Below, piece after piece: positions 39,802 through 50,462 of a DNA stretch of 64,000 nucleotides. Positions within the stretch are counted from its first letter, which is position 1, and the number at the start of each line of letters is the position of its first letter. Origin of the DNA: an uncultured Actinomycetota bacterium. GTDB taxonomy: Bacteria > Actinomycetota > Actinomycetes > JAHEKZ01. The stretch covers positions 1,504,001 to 1,568,000 of the forward strand of contig CAWHIJ010000003.1 in the NCBI GenBank assembly GCA_963829525.1. The letters run 5' to 3'. The notes under the pieces are model-generated. The model was not told where the DNA came from, made no database searches, and worked only from the letters and a program-made list of their open reading frames with translations. Both the position numbers and the translations under genes were made by a program.

Positions 39802-40004
39802 GGGTGCTCCTGGGGTTAGCGACTCCCTCATCGTGGCACGTCGAGACTCGTCTCGGCACGGCACGGTGAGCCGGCAGGTGGTAGGGACCCCGGTTAGACA
39901 TTGCCGGGCAGGGGTAAGGATCAATAGGCTGGCCTGTCTAGCAACCCTCCGCACCCGCCTGGGTGCGCCTGACTGCAGCAGCTCACGAACGGGAAGGAAC
40001 AGCG

Positions 40005-40733
40005 TTGCTCTACTGGCTGATCAAGTACGTGTTCGTCGGCTGGTGGCTGCGCCTTCTCTTCCGTCCTTGGGTTCAGGGCATCGAGAACATCCCTGCGGAT
40101 GGCCCCGCGATCCTTGCGAGCAACCACCTGTCGTTCTCCGACTCGGTGTTCTTGCCGTTGATGGTCGACCGGCACATCACTTTCTTGGCCAAGAGCGACT
40201 ACTTCACCGGCAAGGGCATCAAGGGGCGGCTGATCGCCTGGTTCATGTCCGGCGTCGAGCAGGTTCCGGTCGACCGAACCGGTGGACGCGCCAGCGAGGC
40301 GGCGATCTACACGGGCCTGCGGATCCTCGGTGAGGACAAGCTGCTCGGCATCTATCCGGAGGGCACCCGGTCTCCGGACGGCCGGCTCTACCGAGGAAAG
40401 ACGGGCGTCGCGCGCATGGCGCTCGAGGCCAAGGCGCCGATCATCCCGGTCGCGATGATCAATACGCGCGAGGTTCAGCCGCCTGGGAAGCTCATACCCC
40501 GGTTGGGGCGGATCGGCATCCGGATAGGAACGCCGCTCGACTTCTCGCGCTACGAGGGCATGGAGGACGACCGCTTCGTCCTGAGGTCGGTCACCGACGA
40601 GCTCATGTACGAGCTGATGGAGCTCTCGGGCCAGGAGTACGTCGACGTCTATGCGTCGCGGGCAAAGTCACCGCCTCCTGCAGCCGTCCCGCCCGAGGAG
40701 GCCGGCGACCGCGCGGCCGTCCCAGCCGCCTGA
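40005..40733 (+). CDS. 1-acyl-sn-glycerol-3-phosphate acyltransferase (PlsC family)
   Basis: NHLSFSD, FLAK, YPEGTRS. Confidence 0.93.
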   Translation: MLYWLIKYVFVGWWLRLLFRPWVQGIENIPADGPAILASNHLSFSDSVFLPLMVDRHITFLAKSDYFTGKGIKGRLIAWFMSGVEQVPVDRTGGRASEAAIYTGLRILGEDKLLGIYPEGTRSPDGRLYRGKTGVARMALEAKAPIIPVAMINTREVQPPGKLIPRLGRIGIRIGTPLDFSRYEGMEDDRFVLRSVTDELMYELMELSGQEYVDVYASRAKSPPPAAVPPEEAGDRAAVPAA

Positions 40734-40796
40734 CCCGGTAGATGCTGGACCCTGGCGACGCGTGACCCTCGCGCCGAGCGACTTTGACTCGGGGAG

Positions 40797-40839
40797 ACGA
40801 ATATCGTGATCAAGTGACGTGCTAGGTACGAAATTCGTA
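40797..40839. promoter_or_regulatory. Two ACGA-WWW-TCGT palindromes; candidate Lrp/AsnC operators
   Basis: ACGAATATCGT (40797-40807) and TACGAAATTCGTA (40827-40839); cores 31 bp apart. Confidence 0.6.
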
Positions 40840-40909
40840 GCGATGACTCTTTCCTCGCCTCCGAGATCGGCCTAACGTGGCGATGTCCGTCCACCGTGAG
40901 GAGCCCCGC

Positions 40910-42331
40910 ATGACCGCCGAGCTGGCCACCGCCTTTGAACTGCCCAACATCGTCACCGAGCTGCCTGGCCCGCGCAGCCGGGAGTGGTTCGCTCGCGCAG
41001 ACAGGCACTTGACCGGCGCCATGGTTGACCACTCGATCGTGCCGTTCGTCGAGGCCGCCAAACGGGGGTCGCTGATCGTCGATGTCGACGGCAACACGTT
41101 CGCCGACCACATGTCTGCCTGGGGTGCGTCCCCATTCGGTCCGACGCCAGAGCGCATCAAGCGCGTGATGGAAGAGACGTGGGACCGCCACGGGATGCAG
41201 ATCAGCGGCTGGATTCAGAGCACACCGGTGCTTGAGCTCAACGAACTTATGGTCGAGGTGGCACCTGGCCGGCTCAACCGTGTCGAGTACTCAGTGACAG
41301 GGACATTGGCGGTCGAAGGCGCCGTGAAACTCATGCGCGAAGCGACCGGACGTCCACTGATCCTCACGTTTGGCGGCCAGTATCACGGTGAGTCCACCTA
41401 CCTGACCGCTGGACTCTCCAGCGACCTGTCGAACGTCACCGCCGGCAGCGCGCAGTACGTCTCCGGCGTCGTCACCATCCCGTTCCCCAATCGGTTCCGC
41501 TCGCCGTTCGCCAAGGGTCCGGGTCCGTTCGACGACACCGCGGTGCTCGACTACTTGGAGGACTACCTGCTGGTGCAGCAGGTGCATCCAGGGCAGGTGG
41601 CCGGCGTCATGATCGAGCCCGTGCTCGGCGAAGGAGGCATCCACGCGCCGAGCCAGGCGTTCTGGGACCGGCTCGGCGCCATGTGCAAGAAGTGGGGCTG
41701 GCTGCTGTGCCTCGACGAGGTGCAGACGTGCATGGGGCGCTGCGGTGAGATGTTCGCGTTCGAGATCTGGGACGGCATCGACCCCGACCTCGTCTTGCTG
41801 GGCAAGTCTTTTTGCGCTGGTGGGCAGCCGATCGCCGGGCTGCTGGGCACCGACGCAGTGATGAAGGACACCGAGCTGCACCTCGGAAGCACGTACGGCT
41901 TCGTCCCGGCAGCCGCTGCCGCGGCTGCTGAGGGCATCCGGATCATCCAGGAGGAAGGCGTCCTGGATAACGTCCGTGAGCTCGAGCGCGTCTTCCTGGA
42001 GGAGATGACACCTCTGGTGGCGCGCGTCGAGCAGGTCGGTGACGCCAGGGCGTCAGGTGCGCTCGCTGCTCTGGAGTTCGTCAAGGACAAGGCGTCCAAC
42101 GCGCCCGCTCCGTCGTTCCAGTACGCGGTGTACGAGGCCGCTCTAAGACGCGGCGTCCTCGGGATCACGCAACGCGGCAAGTGGCATTACCGGCTGCAGC
42201 CGGCGCTGACGATGCCACCAGAGTTCTTCCGCGACAGCTGCCGCCGCATCATCGACGCGGTGGACGAGGTTGCGGCGAACCCGCCTGTGGAGGGCCACGT
42301 GCTCGACACTGTCGCGGAGTCCTACCGCTAG
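40910..42331 (+). CDS. Class III PLP-dependent aminotransferase
   Basis: DVDGN, YHG, IEPVLGEGG, DEVQTCMGRCG, PLP lysine in LGKS. Confidence 0.9.
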   Translation: MTAELATAFELPNIVTELPGPRSREWFARADRHLTGAMVDHSIVPFVEAAKRGSLIVDVDGNTFADHMSAWGASPFGPTPERIKRVMEETWDRHGMQISGWIQSTPVLELNELMVEVAPGRLNRVEYSVTGTLAVEGAVKLMREATGRPLILTFGGQYHGESTYLTAGLSSDLSNVTAGSAQYVSGVVTIPFPNRFRSPFAKGPGPFDDTAVLDYLEDYLLVQQVHPGQVAGVMIEPVLGEGGIHAPSQAFWDRLGAMCKKWGWLLCLDEVQTCMGRCGEMFAFEIWDGIDPDLVLLGKSFCAGGQPIAGLLGTDAVMKDTELHLGSTYGFVPAAAAAAAEGIRIIQEEGVLDNVRELERVFLEEMTPLVARVEQVGDARASGALAALEFVKDKASNAPAPSFQYAVYEAALRRGVLGITQRGKWHYRLQPALTMPPEFFRDSCRRIIDAVDEVAANPPVEGHVLDTVAESYR

Positions 42332-42828
42332 TGGTCGATGGCGGGTCGGCGTCCGACAGTGGCTCGTCGGGAGTCTCCCAGGTCGACGACACCGACGTCG
42401 CGATCATGACCGCGCTGCAGGAGGACGGCCGGCGACCTTTCACCGAAATCGCGCGCTCCCTAGGTTTGTCCGAGGGCACGGTGCGACAACGCGTCGCGCG
42501 GCTCCAACGACTCGGCATCGTGCAGATCGTGGGAGTCATCAACCCTTCGCGACTTGGCATGCGTCGTCTGGTGATCGGCGTTCAGGTGCGCGGGAAGCCG
42601 GTCTCTGGTGTTGAGAAGGCGATCCGTGAGTTCCCAGAGGTCGACTACGTCGCGGTGAGTACCGGCGGGTACGACATGGTGCTGATGGCAGCGTGCCGCG
42701 ATGACGACCACGTGCTCGATCTCGTCAGCGAGCGGCTGCGCAAGATTGTGGGCGTCGACGGTCTCGACGTGATCACCGTCTTGAAGGAGACCAAGGACGC
42801 CTACCGGTACTTCGGCGCCATCAACTGA
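42331..42828 (+). CDS. Lrp/AsnC family transcriptional regulator
   Basis: LQEDGRRPFTEIARSLGLSEGTVRQRVARL HTH; TGGYD. Confidence 0.92.
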   Translation: MVDGGSASDSGSSGVSQVDDTDVAIMTALQEDGRRPFTEIARSLGLSEGTVRQRVARLQRLGIVQIVGVINPSRLGMRRLVIGVQVRGKPVSGVEKAIREFPEVDYVAVSTGGYDMVLMAACRDDDHVLDLVSERLRKIVGVDGLDVITVLKETKDAYRYFGAIN

Positions 42829-42838
42829 CCGCCACCGC

Positions 42839-44318
42839 TCAGGTTTCCAGCGCCCAGCCCTTGGCACGTTCGACGGCAGCCCGCCAGAGCCGGTGCGCGT
42901 TCTCGTCGCGCCGCCCAGGGGCGAACGTTCGCTCGATGCGGCGCTTTCCGACCAGTTCATCCTGGGACGCCCAGATGCCCGAACCCAGCCCAGCGAGGAA
43001 CGCAGCCCCTAGCCCGGTGGTCTCGATCATCTCTGGACGTAGCACCGGGACGCCCAGCTGGTCGGCTTGCAGCTGGCAGAGCAGGTCGCTGGCGCTGGCA
43101 CCGCCGTCGACGGCCAGAGTGGGTAGCGATACCGAGGCCTCGGCAACCATGAGGTCGACGACGTCGCGCACCTGGAAGGCGATGGCGTCCAATGTGGCTC
43201 TTGCCAGGTGGGCGGCCGTCGTTCCCCTGGTGATGCCAACGATGACTCCGCGGGCGGACGGATCCCAGTCTGGTGCGCCCAGCCCAGCCAGGGCCGGAAC
43301 GAACACCACACCGCCGGCATCGGGGACGGAGCCGGCCAGGTCGTTCACCTGGTGGGCGGCCTCGATGACCCCCAGGCCGTCCCGCAGCCACTGGATCGCC
43401 GCCCCGGTGACGAAGACGGAGCCCTCCAGGGCATACGTCAACGTGCCGTCCGGTGCGCCGACAGCCACGGTGGTGAGCAGCCCAGCGTGGGAGTCGACGG
43501 CTTGGCTGCCGGTGTTGACCAGCACGAAGGAACCGGTGCCGTAGGTGCACTTGGCGTCGCCCGGCGCGAAGGCGCACTGGCCGAAGAGCGCAGCCTGCTG
43601 GTCGCCCGCGATCCCGGAGATGGGAACGTCCAGACCGAGGAAGCAGCTCGGATCTGTGCGTCCAAGCTCCCCATAGGACGCGACAACGGTGGGCAACGCA
43701 TCCATGGGGACTCCGAAGAGTGCGCAGAGGTCCGCAGACCAAGCGCCACCGTGTATGTCGAAGAGCAGCGTCCGTGACGCGTTGGACACGTCGGTGATGT
43801 GGTGCAAGCCGCGGCCCATGCGCGCGACGAGGTAGGAGTCGATCGTTCCGATGGCCGTACGGCCAGCGGTGACACCCGCCCAGATGTCAGGTTCGTTGTT
43901 CTGGATCCATGCGAGCTTGGTCGCCGAGAAGTACGGGTCCAGGCGCAGTCCGGTGGTGCTGCGGACTATGCGCTCGTGACCGTCCTGCCGAAGCTGCTCG
44001 CACATGCCGGACGTCCGGCGGTCCTGCCAGACGATCGCCGGACGCGGTGAGCTCGAGCGTCTCGCGATCCCACAGGACCACGGTCTCGCGTTGGTTGGTG
44101 ATCCCGACACAGGTCGGTGTCGATGGGGCGTCCGCCAGAGCATCCCGGGCCGCGTCAAGGGACGCCGTCCAGATCTCGTCGGGGAAGTGCTCGACCCAGC
44201 CGGACTGCGGGAAGTGCTGAGGGAACTCTCGATAGCCACGGGACTGCACAGCGGTGTCAGTTCCCACTACCAGGGCGGTAACTCCGGTGGTACCCGCGTC
44301 GATGACCAGGACTGACAT
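42839..44318 (-). CDS. glpK: Glycerol kinase (frameshift near 44045)
   Basis: IDAGTT, GITNQRET, IVWQDRRT, DPYFSATK, GDQQAALFGQ, KCTYGTG. Confidence 0.95.
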
Positions 44319-44412
44319 GCCCAAAACCCTAGGGTAGGGAGGTGGCGGTGGCACGGTCGTGCGGCCGATGTGAGGCAGGCTGCCGCCTGCGTGACGAGTG
44401 AAGGAGAAGACC

Positions 44413-45438
44413 ATGCGTGTCGGCGTCCTGACCGGTGGGGGAGACGCCCCCGGGCTCAACTGCGTGATCAGGGCTGTGGTGCGGCGCGGCGTCACCGACT
44501 ACGGCATGGACTTCGTCGGTTTCGCCGATGGATGGCTCGGGCCGCTGACCGGCAAGACGAAGCCGCTGGACATCAACGCCGTCCGGGGCATCCTTCCTCG
44601 AGGCGGAACGATTCTCGGCTCGTCACGCACCAACCCGCTCAAGCAGGAAGGCGGCCTGGACGCCGTGCGCGCCACGATCGCCGACTTGGGCGTCGACGCC
44701 CTGGTCGTCATCGGCGGCGAAGACACGCTCGGTGTCGCGGCCAAGCTCTACGAGGCCGGTGTGAAGGTCGTCGGCGTCCCGAAGACGATCGACAACGACC
44801 TCGCCTGCACCGACGTCACGTTCGGTTTCGACACTGCCGTTCAGATCGCCACCGATGCCATCGACCGGCTGCACACCACGGCGGAGTCTCACAAACGCGC
44901 GCTCGTCCTGGAAGTCATGGGGCGACATGCGGGGTGGATCGCGCTTCACTCCGGAATGGCAGGGGGGGCGAACGTCATTCTCATCCCCGAGCAGAACTTC
45001 GACATGGATGAGGTAGTCGGGTGGGTCGAGGCACGTTTCGAGCGTGGCTTCGCGCCGATCATCGTCGTTGCCGAGGGGGCGGTGCCCAAAGGCGGAGACA
45101 TGGTGCTCAAGGACGGCGCGACGGACGCTTTCGGTCATGTGCGGCTGTCGGGCATCGCCGACTGGCTGGCCCGCGAGCTCGAGAAGCGCACGGGGCATGA
45201 GGCGCGCACGACGGTGCTCGGCTACGTGCAGCGCGGCGGCACACCGACGGCGCGCGACCGGGTGCTGGCCACGCGTTTCGGGATCCGGGCGATCGACGCC
45301 GTCCGAGACGGCGATTTCGGGCAGATGGCGGCTCTGCGGGGCAACGACATCGTGCTGGTGCCCCTCGCCGACGCCGTGGCCCAGCTGAAGACCGTCCCGC
45401 CTGAGCTCTACGACGAGGCGAAGGACTTCTTCGGCTGA
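44413..45438 (+). CDS. pfkA: 6-phosphofructokinase
   Basis: LTGGGDAPG, GGTILGSSR, GGEDT, PKTIDND, EVMGRHAG. Confidence 0.96.
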   Translation: MRVGVLTGGGDAPGLNCVIRAVVRRGVTDYGMDFVGFADGWLGPLTGKTKPLDINAVRGILPRGGTILGSSRTNPLKQEGGLDAVRATIADLGVDALVVIGGEDTLGVAAKLYEAGVKVVGVPKTIDNDLACTDVTFGFDTAVQIATDAIDRLHTTAESHKRALVLEVMGRHAGWIALHSGMAGGANVILIPEQNFDMDEVVGWVEARFERGFAPIIVVAEGAVPKGGDMVLKDGATDAFGHVRLSGIADWLARELEKRTGHEARTTVLGYVQRGGTPTARDRVLATRFGIRAIDAVRDGDFGQMAALRGNDIVLVPLADAVAQLKTVPPELYDEAKDFFG

Positions 45439-45532
45439 GCTCGCCGCCGATCGCCACGTCTGGCCCTCAGGGCCACGTTTGGTCGCGCCAAGGGGCTCAA
45501 CGCAGCGAGCCCTGGCGCTTCCGTACCCTTGA

Positions 45533-46864
<1,332 letters not shown>

Positions 46865-46964
46865 CGTGTCGAGTGCGATTGCCGCACTTAACATGGCGGG
46901 CCCATTGTCACTTCTCTTGCGGTGCTCACGAAGGCCAGACTGGGTCTGTGAGAGTGGAGTTTCC

Positions 46965-47570
46965 ATGACACAGCCGCAGAACGCCGACGCCCTCCGAGCA
47001 GCACACGAACGTCTGAGGCGCGACAAGGCAGCAGAGATCGAACTCAGGTCGGTCGATCAGTTGCTCGACGCCAGCGGCACCCAGCCGTCAGGCGTCGCCG
47101 TGCTGGCAGGAGTCCTCGATTCGGCACTGCGGCTTCCAGACGTCCTCACCATCCGCATCGTGCTACCTGAGCTGACTGACGTCCACGAAACTGAGATTGC
47201 CGCCTTCCGGGACCACTGCCGAGCGCAGGCGGACGCGGATTGGCGTGCTGCGATGGCCCTTCGGCAGGGAGGACTCCGTGAGATCCCACGGGCGCTCGTG
47301 TACTCGGTCATGGCGGCGACGGTGGGTGTCGCGAGCGGCTACCTGGCAGAAGGTGTCGACGGCACGCTCGTGACGGTGCTCCTCTACGCCATGGCGTTCG
47401 TTGCTGTGATCGCGGCGTGGACGATCGGCTGGGCACCGATCGAGCAGGCACTCTTCGACTGGCGTGCCCCTGGCCACTCGGCGTCGGTGTACGCGCTGAT
47501 GGCCCACGCGCACATCGAGGTCATTGAGGGGCCACGGGAGGTCGACGGTGCGGTAGCGCTCGGCGGCTGA
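46965..47570 (+). CDS. Hypothetical protein with two C-terminal TMs
   Basis: EIELRSVDQL, two hydrophobic segments, WTIGWAPIEQALFDW; GGAG RBS. Confidence 0.7.
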   Translation: MTQPQNADALRAAHERLRRDKAAEIELRSVDQLLDASGTQPSGVAVLAGVLDSALRLPDVLTIRIVLPELTDVHETEIAAFRDHCRAQADADWRAAMALRQGGLREIPRALVYSVMAATVGVASGYLAEGVDGTLVTVLLYAMAFVAVIAAWTIGWAPIEQALFDWRAPGHSASVYALMAHAHIEVIEGPREVDGAVALGG

Positions 47571-47632
47571 GGCTCACATCAACCACTGCCGTGTCCGAAT
47601 CCCGCTAGTGGCGGCGCCCGCTGCGGGGTTGG

Positions 47633-49099
47633 ATGGTCTCCATGAGCCCTACCACCGCCGCGGTCACGCTGCCCGGCCATGACGCCGAGTCGCTCTACCG
47701 TGCGGTTGCCTCGAGGGACCGGCGGTTCGACGGACGGTTCGTGCTCGGCGTGACCTCGACGGGGATCTACTGCCGACCGTCGTGCCCAGCGCGCACGCCC
47801 AAGCGCGAGAACGTCCGCTACTTTGCGCTGCCCGCCGCGGCGGTGGCCGCTGGTTTCCGCGCCTGTCGACGGTGTCGTCCTGATCGGGTGTCACCCCGCC
47901 CCCACATCGCCGACGAGACTGGTCTCGTGGAGCGTGCCCTCACACTGATCGGACAAGGGGTCGTCGACGACGCGGGCGTCGCGGGTCTGGCGGAGCGGCT
48001 GTCGGTGAGTGAGCGTCACCTACACCGACTGCTGATGTCGTCGGTGGGTGCCGGTGCGCTGGGGCTGGCGCAGGCACGCCGCGCGCAGGCAGCCCGAACG
48101 CTGCTGGAGCAGACGCCCCTGCGCGTGACCGACGTGGCCTTCGCAGCCGGTTTCGGTAGCCTCCGCCAGTTCAACGACGTCATCCGCGCCGAGTACGGCG
48201 CGAGCCCGACTGAGCTGCGCCAGCGACCGGCTAAGCCCGACCGGCCAGCGGACGCGGGCTCGCTCGCGCTGCGGCTACCCGTGACGGTGCCGTGGGACGG
48301 CGCGCGCCTGTTGGCGTTCCTTGGGTCACGAGCGGTGGACGGCGTGGAGGCCCACGACGGCCGCCGCTACGTGCGCACGCTGGCCACCCCTGCTGGAGCA
48401 GCGATGCTCGCGCTCGAGCCCGGCGACGACGCGGTACACGTGCAAGTCACGGCGTACGACCTCGGCGCCATCGGTCCGGCGATGGTGGCCGTGCGCCGAC
48501 TCTGCGACCTGGCCGCTGACATCGAAGCCATTGAGTCTGGGCTGGACGCGGTGCCGGCGCTCGCTGCCTTGGTGCGCGCCCGGCCGGGTCTGCGGGTGCC
48601 CGGAGCCGTCGACGGCTGGGAGATCCTGGTGCGCGCGATCGTCGGACAGCAGGTCTCGGTCGCGGCGGCAAGGACTCTGCTCGGCCGGATCGTGGAGCGG
48701 TGCGGACCACCGGTTGGTGATGCTGCTCAGGGAGCGGTTACGCGGCTCTTCCCATCGGCCACTGAGGTCGCAGCTGGAGATCTGAGCGGTCTTGGGTTGA
48801 CCGGCCGCCGGGCGGCATCGCTTGAGGCAGCGGCCGAGGCGGCTGCGTCGGATGAGCTGCTACTGGAACCGGGGGATGACCTGCACGAGGCACGGCGCCG
48901 ACTGATGACACTACCGGGCGTAGGTCCCTGGACGGCCGAGTACGTGGCGCTGCGAGCACTGGCCGACCCCGATGCCTGGCCGGAAACCGACTTGGTGCTG
49001 GCGCGAGCGGCGTCCGGAATCGATATCGAACGGCTGCGCCCCTGGCGGGCGTACGCCGCAGTGCACCTCTGGACCCGATACAGCGAGGAGACGGCATGA
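47633..49099 (+). CDS. alkA: Ada metal-binding/AraC and AlkA 3-methyladenine glycosylase fusion
   Basis: GIYCRPSC, RACRRC, AraC HTH, GQQVS, HhH LPGVGPWTA, RPWRAYA. Confidence 0.92.
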   Translation: MVSMSPTTAAVTLPGHDAESLYRAVASRDRRFDGRFVLGVTSTGIYCRPSCPARTPKRENVRYFALPAAAVAAGFRACRRCRPDRVSPRPHIADETGLVERALTLIGQGVVDDAGVAGLAERLSVSERHLHRLLMSSVGAGALGLAQARRAQAARTLLEQTPLRVTDVAFAAGFGSLRQFNDVIRAEYGASPTELRQRPAKPDRPADAGSLALRLPVTVPWDGARLLAFLGSRAVDGVEAHDGRRYVRTLATPAGAAMLALEPGDDAVHVQVTAYDLGAIGPAMVAVRRLCDLAADIEAIESGLDAVPALAALVRARPGLRVPGAVDGWEILVRAIVGQQVSVAAARTLLGRIVERCGPPVGDAAQGAVTRLFPSATEVAAGDLSGLGLTGRRAASLEAAAEAAASDELLLEPGDDLHEARRRLMTLPGVGPWTAEYVALRALADPDAWPETDLVLARAASGIDIERLRPWRAYAAVHLWTRYSEETA

Positions 49100-49593
49100 G
49101 CCTGCGTGGGTGGACGATCGAGACGTCTTTGGCGCCCTGGAGCGTCGTGGTGGACGGTGATGTGGTGGTGGCGTCCGGCTTCTGCTCGCTCGAGCAGCTT
49201 GGCGAACGGTTACCGGGCGGCGCGGAGACGTTGTCGCGAGCAGATGCCACCGGGGTGGTCGCGGCAGCGGCCCGGGCCTACTTGGCCGGGGACGCAGGTG
49301 CGCTGGACGCTGTGGCGGTTCGCCAGCCGGGCGGAGAATTCCAGCAGCAGGCGTGGGCGGTGATGCGGGAAATTCCGGCTGGGCAGACTTGGTCGTACGC
49401 CGACATAGCGACGAAGGCGGGGCGACCTTCGGCGACTCGGGCGGCCGGGACTGCGTGCGCGCGGAACCTGGTGGCGCCGTTCGTTCCATGTCACCGGGTT
49501 GTGCGGTCGGATGGGTCTTTGGGCGGCTATGCCTATGGGCTCCCAGTGAAGCGGTGGCTGTTGGCGCTGGAGGGCGACTCGGCGGGAAACTAG
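49096..49593 (+). CDS. ogt: Methylated-DNA-protein-cysteine methyltransferase
   Basis: PCHRVV active site, IPAGQTWSY. Confidence 0.93.
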   Translation: MSLRGWTIETSLAPWSVVVDGDVVVASGFCSLEQLGERLPGGAETLSRADATGVVAAAARAYLAGDAGALDAVAVRQPGGEFQQQAWAVMREIPAGQTWSYADIATKAGRPSATRAAGTACARNLVAPFVPCHRVVRSDGSLGGYAYGLPVKRWLLALEGDSAGN

Positions 49594-50462
49594 CGGAGGG
49601 ACTTCAGCAGCGCTACGTCGGCAGCGTGTTCTGCCTCGTTGCCGGGGGTCTCGATGACGAGCGGGACCTGTTGCATCGTCGGATGGGCCAACAGGGTGCG
49701 GAACGGCTCAGCGCCGACATGACCGGAGCCGATTGCGGTGTGGCGGTCCTTCTTGGCACCGGCGACATCCATCGAGTCGTTGGCGTGGATCAGCCCAATC
49801 GGCACGGTGCCGCGCACCTTGTCGAGGTGGTCGAGGAAGTCGTTCATCCCGCCGTCTGCCGAGAGGTCGTGACCGGCGGCGAAGAAGTGGCAGGTGTCGA
49901 CGCAGACCCCGAGGCGTGGGTGGTGCTCGAGCCAGTGCAGGTATTCGTCGAGCTCATCCAGCGTCGAGCAGAGCGACTGGCCCTGCCCCGCGGTCGGTTC
50001 GAGCAGAACCGGGGGAGCGTCGTCGGGCAAGGCATCGAGGATTGGCAGCAGGAGGTCGCGGGTCTGCACCATCGCCTCGTCGTACCGGTCCTTCGCAACC
50101 GCCGACCCGGTGTGCACGACGACGCCGCGCGCACCTATTACTCGGGCACGCTCGACGGTGTGCGCCAGTGATGTCGCCGACTTCTCGGCAATGGCCACGT
50201 CAGGGCTGCCGAGGTTTATCAGGAACGACGCGTGGACGTACGCGGGGAGCCGACCGGTGACGACGTCGCGGAAGGCGGCATCCTGCAGCGGGTCACCCTT
50301 CGCCGCCGCCCACCCGCGCGGATTGGTGACGAAGACCTGAACGCACTCGGCGCCGATCTCGTCGGCGTAGGCGAGTCCACGTTTGGCCAAGCCACCGCTG
50401 GTCGGAACATGGGCGCCGACCGGGGGACCGGATGCACACGTCGTCTTCGAACGCCGCCTCAT
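49590..50462 (-). CDS. nfo: Endonuclease IV
   Basis: GAHV, HASFLINLGS, VVHTGS, LEPTAG, DTCH, HANDS, DRH, IETP. Confidence 0.93.
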   Translation of the reverse strand: MRRRSKTTCASGPPVGAHVPTSGGLAKRGLAYADEIGAECVQVFVTNPRGWAAAKGDPLQDAAFRDVVTGRLPAYVHASFLINLGSPDVAIAEKSATSLAHTVERARVIGARGVVVHTGSAVAKDRYDEAMVQTRDLLLPILDALPDDAPPVLLEPTAGQGQSLCSTLDELDEYLHWLEHHPRLGVCVDTCHFFAAGHDLSADGGMNDFLDHLDKVRGTVPIGLIHANDSMDVAGAKKDRHTAIGSGHVGAEPFRTLLAHPTMQQVPLVIETPGNEAEHAADVALLKSLR

